DNA from: an uncultured Chloroflexia bacterium
Lineage (GTDB): Bacteria; Chloroflexota; Limnocylindria; Limnocylindrales; CSP1-4
NCBI GenBank assembly: GCA_963780425.1
Contig: CAWABZ010000008.1
Coordinates: 192,931 to 256,930, forward strand
Reading direction: 5' to 3'
DNA: 64,000 nt
In this document: in pieces, positions 30,259 to 38,516 of the stretch
Layout: the number at the start of each line of letters is the position of its first letter
Numbering within the stretch: the stretch's first letter is position 1
Position numbers and translations under genes: made by a program
Notes under the pieces: generated by a model
Databases searched by the model: none
Told to the model about the DNA's origin: nothing
The model's input: only the letters and a program-made list of their open reading frames with translations

Positions 30259-30275
30259 GTGAACAAGGCGTGAAC
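30259..30275 (-). promoter_or_regulatory. direct repeat GTGAACaaggcGTGAAC upstream of the CBS gene
   Basis: Units start at 30259 and 30270, 45-61 nt upstream of ATG 30214. Confidence 0.45.
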
Positions 30276-30374
30276 GGATGAGGGGCGGTCACCGACGTCG
30301 CCGACCGTGGCCCTGCTCGTCCGACGACTGATGTCGCTCGAAGTGGTCGCGCATCGTCGGAATCTCGTACGGCG

Positions 30375-30620
30375 CTACCGCCTGGAAAGGGCAAGGTCAC
30401 GTGACGACCGGGTCATTCGCGATGGCGTCAAGAGATCCGACACATCGTGGCAGTGTCGGACACGGGCGTTGCCCTGCACCGCGATCGAGCAGGTGCAATC
30501 TCGGCCGGCTACGCATCGGGCGCAACAGAACGGAAGCCCCGCCTGGAAGATGGGTGCGCCGGTGATGCCTACCTCGCAGGTCGCGCACGAGGGCGCCAGG
30601 TCGGCGTCAGGACGATGCAC
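30375..30620 (-). CDS. seven-cysteine mini-protein, paralog of 18567..18722, with a longer C-terminal tail
   Basis: ...LAPSCATCEVGITGAPIFQAGLPFCCARCVAGRDCTCS... is within ORF 30375..30773. The proposed start is GTG 30620, preceded by GAGGAG 6 nt upstream. The ~35-aa tail is absent from the paralog. Confidence 0.5.
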   Translation of the reverse strand: MHRPDADLAPSCATCEVGITGAPIFQAGLPFCCARCVAGRDCTCSIAVQGNARVRHCHDVSDLLTPSRMTRSSRDLALSRR

Positions 30621-30730
30621 AGCGGGCTCCTCGACATACAGCGATGGCACCGCGGACAAGCCAAAGTCCCTGCCCGCTAGTGCCACCGCCCCGAAGGTAG
30701 GTGACTGGACTGACAAGCCCGGGAATCGGC

Positions 30731-30747
30731 GTGAACGCCCGATGGAC
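30731..30747 (-). promoter_or_regulatory. direct repeat GTGAACgcccgATGGAC upstream of the second 7-Cys gene
   Basis: Units start at 30731 and 30742, 111-127 nt upstream of GTG 30620. Confidence 0.4.
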
Positions 30748-31338
30748 GACGCAGCGGGCCCGGAGTTCTTCATGCGCCGTTCACGTGACTTCCCCCGGAT
30801 CGACAGTGGCGCGATCTAGCCTCAATTCGACGCAGACGTCCTGCCTCCCCCGGTCGGGGCACATGCAGGACTGGAAATGGAGGCGATCAAGATGACGAGA
30901 CAGACAACGGCTCTCGCGGCGGGCTGGGACGCGGCAGAGTGGGCAAGCACGGAGCGGTCGGCACCCGGTCGCGACGTAAACGAAGTGGAGTCTCTGGCAG
31001 TGGGTGGGAACACCGCGGCCGGAAGGCTCAACTATCGATGGCCGCGGAGATAGTGCCCTATCGGGATTCTCGGGCCATAACCCCAGCGGTCAGCTCTCGT
31101 CTGCGGCACGAACCTTCGCCATTGCAGGCGGGCTCCTCGACGGACTCGGCGATGGCCGGCTCAGCGCGAGGCTCGATCCACAGGATGGTCTGTGCTGCGT
31201 GGCGATCTCGGACGAGCCCCCAGCCAGCGCTCAGCGATGAGGTTCCGGGGATCGCGCGTACCTGACCTGCCGGGGGACTTCGAGCCGATCGGGAGGACGG
31301 CCGGTCGGTAGTCGGCCCCGCGCGAGCGCCGGCGGGGT

Positions 31339-31355
31339 ATTCACGCCACGTTCAC
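31339..31355 (+). promoter_or_regulatory. direct repeat ATTCACgccacGTTCAC upstream of the first USP gene
   Basis: Units start at 31339 and 31350, 74-90 nt upstream of ATG 31429. A further GTTCAC lies at 31403. Confidence 0.45.
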
Positions 31356-31428
31356 TTTGTTTCGACTGTTTCGTCAATCCCACAGGTCATGTTGAACGCG
31401 TCGTTCACTAGGAACGGGAGCATGACCA

Positions 31429-31831
31429 ATGAAGAAAATCCTGGTCGCCTACGACGGCGACGAACCGGCGCATCGCGCGCTTGAACGAGGCGCTGAACTG
31501 GCGCAGGCGTTCGGGGCCGAGCTGGGTGTCGTGAGCGTCACGCCATGGCGCCGTGGCCGCTTCCCGACGGACGTCTGGGACGACGCCGAAGCCCACGCAA
31601 GGGCGCTCAAGTCAGCCGAGCGACTGGCTGAGCCAGCGCGGCCTATCAGCCACCTTGCTGTCACCCGCCGGCGACACCGGCAGGATGATCGAGAGGGTCG
31701 CTGAAGCCCATGACTTCGACACGATCGTCGTAGGGACCCGTGACCTGGGTCCGGTCGGTCGCTTCATGCAGCGAAGCGTGTCCGAGCACCTCGCCACAAA
31801 CGCAAAGGCGACGGTCGTCGTTGCCCGCTGA
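31429..31831 (+). pseudogene. universal stress protein (UspA family), one frameshift
   Basis: MKKILVAYDGDEPAHRAL is in ORF 31429..31704. The C-terminus DTIVVGTRDLGPVGRFMQRSVSEHLATNAKATVVVAR is in 31553..31831. The shift is at about 31620. Confidence 0.8.
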
Positions 31832-32095
31832 CGGTTGGACCCGAGTACTGGGGCTGACCGCGTTGCAGGTCGCCCCACCCACCACACCAGTTGACGGAGA
31901 TCGCCACATGTCTCGACGACCCCAGCGCTCTCGGCTGGTCGATCAGCTCATCTCGCCGGTCAGCGCGAAGCTGCGGCGATCGATCCCTCGTCTGCGCCGC
32001 AGCTTTCCGCCCCAGCAACCCCGATGGTCGTTGGCGCGTTTGGTTGGCCTTCGACGCGGACCCAGCGCATACCCAAGACCAGGAGACAAGAGCTG

Positions 32096-33020
32096 ATGCG
32101 AGTCATCCTTGCCTTTGACGGCTCGGCCGCCGCGACCGATGCCGTGGCTCTTGTAGAGGCGATGGCCTGGCCGAACGACTCGGTCCTGCGCGTCATCAGC
32201 GTGATCGAACCGACCTTGCCGACGGTGGGGCCGTTGTATCGCGGCGCCGCATCTGGCGCCGGAAATCGACGAAGCGATAACGGCCTACACGGACGACACC
32301 TTGCGAGGCGTCCTCGTACGCCTTCGGTCCTCCGGTCGATCGGTCGAGGGTGAGGTGCTGCGCGGCCGGGCCGCGAGCGCGATCGTCGACGATGCCCGCG
32401 ATTTCGGCGCCGACCTCCTGGTCGTCGGCTCGCGCGGTCACGGGACCATCGCATCGCTACTCCTCGGGTCCGTCTCCAGTGAAGTCGTCGATCACGCCTC
32501 ATGCCCGGTCCTCGTCGCTCGAACCACGGAGCTGGCCCGCGTCGTGTTTGCCACCGATGGATCTCCCTCGGCCCAGGCGGCCGAACTGATCCTGTCGGCG
32601 TGGCCCATATTCGCCGGGCTTCCGATCCGTGTCGTCAGCGTTGCCGACATCGTCCGTCCATGGACGATCGGGCATCGCCCCGACGATGTACGGACAGGTG
32701 CTCGACGCGTATGCGGCGGACTTCGCGAAGCGAAGGTGGAGCACGAGCGCATCGCGACCGACACCGCGACGCGACTGCGCGACGTCGGTCGCGCGGCCGA
32801 TGCCGAGGCTCGAGCCGGCGATGCCGCCGCCGAGATCATCGCCGTCGTCGAACAGCAGCGGGCCGACCTCGCCGTCCTGGGCTCGCGTGGCCACACCGGA
32901 GTGACCCGCCTCCTGCTTGGCAGTGTCGCCCGGAACGTCCTGTCGGGCAGTACCGCGTCGGTCCTCATCGTCCGCGACGGAACCGAGGAACCAGCTCAAG
33001 CCGGGGCTGCTCCGAGCTGA
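32096..33020 (+). pseudogene. tandem-domain universal stress protein, about 3 frameshifts
   Basis: MRVILAFDGS starts at ATG 32096 with an AGGAGA RBS. The two USP cores are LLVVGSRGHGTIASLLLGSVSSEVVDHASCPVLV and LAVLGSRGHTGVTRLLLGSVARNVLSGSTASVLIV. Shifts are at about 32250, plus a compensated pair at about 32670 and 32725. Confidence 0.8.
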
Positions 33021-33071
33021 CTGTCTACAGACAGGTTGGCCTTATCCAAAGACGCTTGAAGGAGACTCATC

Positions 33072-33434
33072 ATGAACCAGCGACGGATCCTGGTGGCCTA
33101 TGACGGAACCGAGGCGGCCTACTGGGCTCTCATGCATGCCGCTGACGCCGCCCTCGCAAATGACGCTGCGATCGGCGTGGTGACCGTCTCGCCCGCGCCC
33201 GCGGCGGCCGCCGCCGATGCTGAGCGGATCCTGCGCGAGCACGAGCTCGAGCCCGTCCTGCACACGCCGGTCGGAGACCCAGCGACGGAGATCGCGCGGG
33301 TCGCCGAGGAGCATGCCTATGACGCGATCTACGTCGGACGTCGTGAAGATGGCCCGTTGGCGCGGACGCTCGAACATCGTGTGTCGGAAGGCGTCGTCCA
33401 GGCGTCGTCCCGCACGACCGTGATCGCGCGATAG
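33072..33434 (+). CDS. universal stress protein (single domain)
   Basis: 120 aa and intact: RILVAYDGTEAA...AIYVGRREDGPLARTLEHRVSEGVVQASSRTTVIAR. Confidence 0.85.
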   Translation: MNQRRILVAYDGTEAAYWALMHAADAALANDAAIGVVTVSPAPAAAAADAERILREHELEPVLHTPVGDPATEIARVAEEHAYDAIYVGRREDGPLARTLEHRVSEGVVQASSRTTVIAR

Positions 33435-33501
33435 CAGCCGCCCAGATCGATCCGGTCGCCGGCCCGTCGAGGATCAGACCAATGCCAGCCTTCACGATCA
33501 C

Positions 33502-34903
33502 GTGTCCTCCAAGTCGTCGTCTTGGTTCTCTTCCTGGCTGGATGCGCGAGCAGCGGCGCCCCGACGTGGACGTTTGGGCCGACCATGGCGCCCTCGGGCG
33601 GGGCGACCGCGGCCGGGTCGTCGGCAGCCGAGCGCGCATCCGCATCCTTCGTCGGCGTCGGGTGCCCCGGCACCGAGCTCCGCAGAACCAGCTGGACATC
33701 GGGGCGTTCGACCTCGGGTTCGAGCCGTCGGCCATCACCGTGACGGCGGAGGGCACCTACGAGGTCGCCTTCAGCAACACGGGTGCCATCCCGCACGACA
33801 TCACCTTCGCGGACGGCACCACGATCCCCGCCGCGCCAGGTGCTACCAGCGTCGGCAGCGTGACGATCCCGGCAGGAGGCCTCACGTTCATCTGCTCGAT
33901 CCCGGGTCACGAACAGGCCGGGATGAAGGGATCGGTCACCGTCGCGGGGGCTGCAGCGACGCCGGACCCAGATAGCCACGGGGGTCCCGACACCGTCGAT
34001 CGACGTGGTCGCGGACCCGGACGCTCCCGAACCGGTCACCTACGACCCGATTGCGCCGCGGCTCCTGGCGGGCGACGTCCACGACATCGAGCTCGTGATG
34101 ACCGAGCAAGAGATGACCGTCGCGCCCGGGCTTCGTCCAGAAGGTCTGGACGTTCGGCGGGACCGTCCCCGGCCCGGTCATCCGGGTCAAGGTCGGCGAC
34201 ACCGTGCGGGTCCACCTCAAGAACCCGGCCACCAGCCAGATGTCCCACTCGATCGACTTCCATGCCAGCCAGGTCGCCTGGAACGACGAGATGCGGTCGA
34301 TCGCGCCCGGCGAGGAGCTGCTCTACGAGTGGACGGCCGAATACGCCGGCGTATGGATGTACCACTGCGGCACCGCCCCGACGCTGCATCACATCGCCAA
34401 CGGCATGTACGGCATGGTCATCGTCGAGCCGAGGGACGGCTGCCCAAGGTCGACAGGGAGTTCGCCCTCGTCCAGAGCGAGTGGTATCTCGGGTCCGCAG
34501 GGCGATATCACCAGCCTCGACAAGGCTGCTGCCGCGGCGCCCGCGCCCGACTTCGTCGTCTTCAACGGCGTCGCCAACCAATACATGGACGCGCCGCTCA
34601 AGGTTGAGACCGGCGAGCGCGTGCGCGATCTTCGTGCTCGATGCCGGGCCGAGCATCGACAGCTCGTTCCACATCGTCGGCACGATCTTCGACACCGTCA
34701 TCAAGGAGGGTATCGCACCTGGCGAAGGGCAACGCTGGATCTGGGGATCGCAGGCGGTCGATCTATCTCCAGCTCAGGGCGCGATCGTCGAGTTCACGAC
34801 CGCGGAGGATGGTCTGTACCCGCTGGTGACGCATGCCTTCAACTTCGTTGGGCGTGGGGCGCTCGGCATGCTGCAGGCTGGTGACGGCGATCCGACGAAC
34901 TGA
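33502..34903 (+). pseudogene. nirK: copper-containing nitrite reductase with a lipoprotein signal and an N-terminal cupredoxin extension, at least 7 frameshifts
   Basis: Reconstructed across three frames. The lipobox is LFLAGCASSG. The extra cupredoxin reads FEPSAITV...HDITF...FICSIPGHEQAGMKG. The NirK core reads VRVHLKNPATSQMSHSIDFHAS, WMYHCGTAPTLHHIANGMYGMVIVEP, FVVFNGV and IFVLDAGPSIDSSFHIVG. Shifts are at about 33520, 33640-33690 (two), 33990, 34130, 34438, 34495 and 34627. Confidence 0.85.
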
Positions 34904-35388
34904 TCGATGACCGCCAAGTCGTTGCCAGTCATCCAACCGGTAGGGATCTGCCGGATATTTATGGCATCTGCGCCCTCGAATCCCGTTGGACCGCGCGTTA
35001 GCCACCGGCCGGAATTTAGGAGCGAAAGTCCTGCACCGCATCGCGGGCTGCCTGTTAACCCGTTGCGGTAGCGTGCGGCTCCGCGCGGGCGGAGCGAACC
35101 TAGATCCAGGCGGTTAACGCGCGGAGGGGCCGGTCCCGATTGCTTGCGCGCTGGGCCGGCTCGATCCTCCTCCGCGATCTCTTTCGCCTGGCGCGCGGCC
35201 GCCTGCTTGGCCTCCCAGATGCGGAGGATCTCCATAGCCAGCGGGCGCAGCGGGAGTGGCGGCCGCGTTCCGACGCCGATGACGGTGATGCGACGGGGTC
35301 CGCGACGAGGCATCGTGCAGCAGCTCCTGGAACCTGGTACCCCGCATGCTCGCTTCGATCGGGTGAGACCAAGTGCGCGGCGTCGGCA

Positions 35389-35830
35389 GCGCTGGGCGAT
35401 CCGCCTGATGCTCGAGCATATAGCTCGATACCCATCAAGGTCGTACTGCGAGCCCACTGCGATCGCCAGGCCCGTGCGTTGGGGTCGGCCCGTCACCGGC
35501 TGACCGGCGACGACCTCATCTTCGCCGATGCCACCGGTGAGCCACTGTCGGGCCGCCACGTCACGACCCTGTCTTCAAGGCGCTCCTGCGGCGAGCCGGG
35601 CTGCCCGACATCCGCTTCCATGCCCTGCCCCACACCTTCGCGACGCTGCAACTGCGCGCCGGGACGAACCCGAAGATCGTGTCCGAGGTGCTGGGCCACA
35701 AGGAGATTGCGATCACCCTCGACCGCTACAGCCACGCCCTGCCGACGATGCAGACCGAGGCGATGGCCCGGCTCGACGCGGTCCTCGGCCGCTCGCCCCT
35801 CGACCGCGCCGAGTCGTCGTCGCCGCGGGA
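35389..35830 (+). mobile_element. degenerate tyrosine-recombinase (phage integrase) remnant
   Basis: Only the C-terminal catalytic region is recognisable: ...DLIFADATGEPLSGRHVT, a frameshift at about 35570, then FKALLRRAGLPDIRFHALPHTFATLQLRAGTNPKIVSEVLGHKEIAITLDRYSH. The HxxR arginine is replaced (HALPHT), the N-terminal domains are missing, and the open frame runs on into the tRNA gene without a stop. Confidence 0.7.
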
Positions 35831-35983
35831 ATCGGTGCCCGAGTTGTGGCTCGATCAGGACGCACCGGCCGATCACGAGGGGACGTCCGATCGGGATAAG
35901 GGTTCTGATAAGGGTTCAGCCGGCCCGCGGCGGACAAAGAAGAAGCCCGATCCGAGCGTGGATCGGGCCGAAACTGGCGATTT

Positions 35984-36060
35984 TGGTACCGCATACCGGA
36001 TTCGAACCGGTGATCTCCGCCTTGAGAGGGCGGTGTCCTGGGCCTCTAGACGAATGCGGC
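35984..36060 (-). tRNA. tRNA-Glu (anticodon CUC), CCA encoded
   Basis: The minus strand reads GCCGCATTCGTCTAGAGGCCCAGGACACCGCCCTCTCAAGGCGGAGATCACCGGTTCGAATCCGGTATGCGGTACCA. I folded the cloverleaf by hand: 7-bp acceptor stem (G1-U72 wobble), anticodon stem CCGCC/GGCGG, loop CTCTCAA, and T-loop TTCGAATC. Confidence 0.9.
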
Positions 36061-36137
36061 GCCGGCCGTCGGGCGGGGACCGCCACGACGGCCGACAGGA
36101 TACCAGAGGACCGGAGCCCGGTCGCCCGGGCTCCCGT

Positions 36138-38232
36138 TCACTGCGGGCTCAGCAGGTAGATGTGGTCGATGGCGACCGTCGGCCGCCCGCTCGTGCCCAG
36201 CGCCCGCACCCGGAGGGTATGTGGCCCTGCGGGCAGGTTGCGAGCGAACACCATGTCCCTCGCCCGGAACGTCGCGTGTCCGAGGTCGATGGTGGTCACT
36301 GCCCTGCCGTCGATCAGCACGACTGCCTTGCCGCGGGTCGGGCCGACGGGGCCGGCCCACGCGATGGATGTGCCATTGAAATCGATCGTGGCGATGTCGC
36401 CACGATGGGTCGTCGAGTGAGCCCGACGACCGAGATATCCGCTGTGCGAGGCGTATGCCCATGAACCCGACCAGCGGACGGCGCTGGACGAGTCCGACAC
36501 CGCGCTGGCACGGTACGTGGGGGAGTTGGCCCAGTCGCCGACCGTGCCCGCACGGTCGATCGCGCGGACCCGGAAGCGGAACGTCGTCCCGACGGGCACC
36601 GTGCGCCGCGAGACGCTCGAGGTCGCTGATGTGAGTCTGAGCGGAGCCCAGCTGCTGTCGCCGATGCGGACCTGGAGCTGGTAGCTCCGGATGCCCGCCT
36701 GCGTGTCGGTCAGCGCCCAGTCGACGATGACCGGCACACCCACGCTCGGCACCGCCGAGGTGTCCGAAAGCGTGACCTGCGGGCGACTCACCTCGGGCGG
36801 CCTCGCCGACTGGGGCCTCGACGGCGGCGGGGTCGGTGTCGGGGCGGCAGTCGGGGCCGGCGTCGGTGCCACCGTGGCAGCCGGCGTCGGCGTGGCAACG
36901 GGCGCCGAGGTTGCGGACTGGCGTCGGCGTCGGCTGTGCCGTGGGCACGGTCGCGCCGGTCGGCGTCGGGCCCGGCGTCGGAGCGGGGGTACTACCCGGC
37001 GTCGGAGCGGGAGTCGCCACGGGCGTCGGGACCGGTGTCGGCCCTGGCGTCGCGGTCGGCCTCGGCGTGGGTGTCGGCGTCACGGCCGGTGTCGGGGGTG
37101 GGGTCGCCGGCGCCGGCGCAGGACCGGACGTCGTGCCGGCCGGCCCGTACAGCCAGTCGGTGAAGCCGAAGTTCTTGCCTGTCCGTGCGGGGGCGGGGGC
37201 GCGGAACGACGTCCCGTACCGCTTGTCGATCAGCCACGGCTGCCATTCGTCGTCGCCCGTCGCCGGCCAGCCGGCGCGGTTGTAGAGGAACGTCGTAGCC
37301 CGCAGCAGGGCGCGATTCGACCAGGACCAGGCGTCGTAGCCCTGCACACGCAGGAGCTCGGCCTGCAGGACCGCTCCCTGCATCCCCTCCCACGGATAGC
37401 CCGTGGAGGCGGGCGGCCACTGCAGCGCGCCGCCACGACGCAGGTCGTCCGGCAGGACGCCATCGAGGTTGATGCCCGCACGCGAGCACGGCGGGTTGAT
37501 CCCGACAGGTCGCAGGGGGTCGCATTGCCAGCTGAGCTCGCCGTAGGTGAACCCGGCATAGGCTGCCCGATCGCCGAGGTAGCCCCGGAACACCTGTGCC
37601 GTCCGAGCGATCTGGGCGCTGTCGCCAAGGTACCCGGCGACCGCGGCGCGTGCGGCACCGGCATGGGTGCCCCAGTTGTTCGGACGGTCCTCGTGCGTGC
37701 TGACGAGCGTCCGCCCGTCGAGGGTCTTGGTCAGCAGCGACCGCAGCCACGGACGGAAGGTGTTCTGGTCGAACGATGGATCGGCCGACGGAAGGTCGAC
37801 GAGGTCCGCCGCGATGACGTAGCCCGGAAGGTTGCGCCCGAGGGCGAGGGTCCGTCCGCCGGTCTCGGTACCGACGGCTCTCTTCAGGGCGGAGATGACG
37901 TCGGCCCGGTAGCCGGCACCGCCGATCCGGGCATAGACCAGGCCCTTGGCGAGCGTGGTGACGTCCGCGGACTCGTCCTGATTCGAGATGTCAGGCGTGC
38001 CGATCGACGAGTCGGCGCGGGCCTTGAGGGCGGTCCAGGCGGTACCGCTGGTCGGTCGCGAGAGAAGCTCGGATCGCGACATGAGGATGGTGTCGGTGGC
38101 CGCCGAGGTCGGACTCATGCGGGCGACGATCAGGATCGTACCGAAGGCCAGCAGGAAGGCCATGACGTGCACGATCAACGCTGGGATGACTCGACGAGAC
38201 GCCCACTGGGCGCCGCTCGAGAGCGACGACAT
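36138..38232 (-). pseudogene. secreted/anchored polysaccharide-lyase-like (alginate-lyase-type) protein with a Pro/Thr linker and C-terminal Fn3-like plus beta-sandwich domains; one frameshift in the linker
   Basis: The N-terminal TM/signal and ~390-aa helical domain (...HEDRPNNWGTHAGAARAA...) are in ORF 36046..38232. The PT-rich linker spans about 36880-37130. The C-terminal 244 aa (...IRSYQLQVRIGDSSW...FRFRVRAIDRAG...RVRALGTSGRPTVAIDHIYLLSPQ) is in ORF 36138..36872. The lyase family call is tentative. Confidence 0.55.
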
Positions 38233-38516
38233 GACGCTCCTCTCTACCTGGACGCCGCTGGGGGCGGCGAACGAAGGCTGTCCGGGACGCGCCGAGGCAC
38301 GGTCCGGGATGTCACAGGGAGCTGGGGGGAACCCGCAGTGAGCGCGGGGCTTGGGGGTCGGCGACCGCTCAGTCAGCGGTAATGAGGCGGCGAACGGACG
38401 CCGGGGGACTCCCTGCTGGGGTCATTGTCTCAGACATGGCAGATGTGTGACAGCGCGCACCACGGGCATCACGCGCACGTTTCAGCCGCCCGGTGCATCC
38501 GCGCACCGCCAATCGG

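Noticed and set aside
30990-31040. GGTGGGAACACCGCGGCC resembling the core of a cobalamin riboswitch
   Set aside because: No B12 box and none of the other conserved cobalamin-riboswitch segments could be found nearby, and no cobalamin-related gene is downstream. The resemblance is limited to a short GC-rich string.
33021-33034. Perfect palindrome CTGTCTACAGACAG between USP-2 and USP-3, as an operator or terminator
   Set aside because: The 6-bp arms with a 2-nt centre are too small for a stable hairpin. It occurs only once in the window, so there is insufficient evidence for a function.
34021-34040. CGAACCGGT match to the tRNA-Glu T-arm, as a candidate att repeat
   Set aside because: Only 9 nt match, and the site lies inside the nirK coding sequence. 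That is too short to distinguish from chance in this composition.
36880-37130. Repetitive GGCGTCGG-type DNA that looks like a tandem repeat element
   Set aside because: It encodes the Pro/Thr/Ala linker of the lyase-like protein on the minus strand. It is imperfect and codon-level repetitive, not an independent repeat family.
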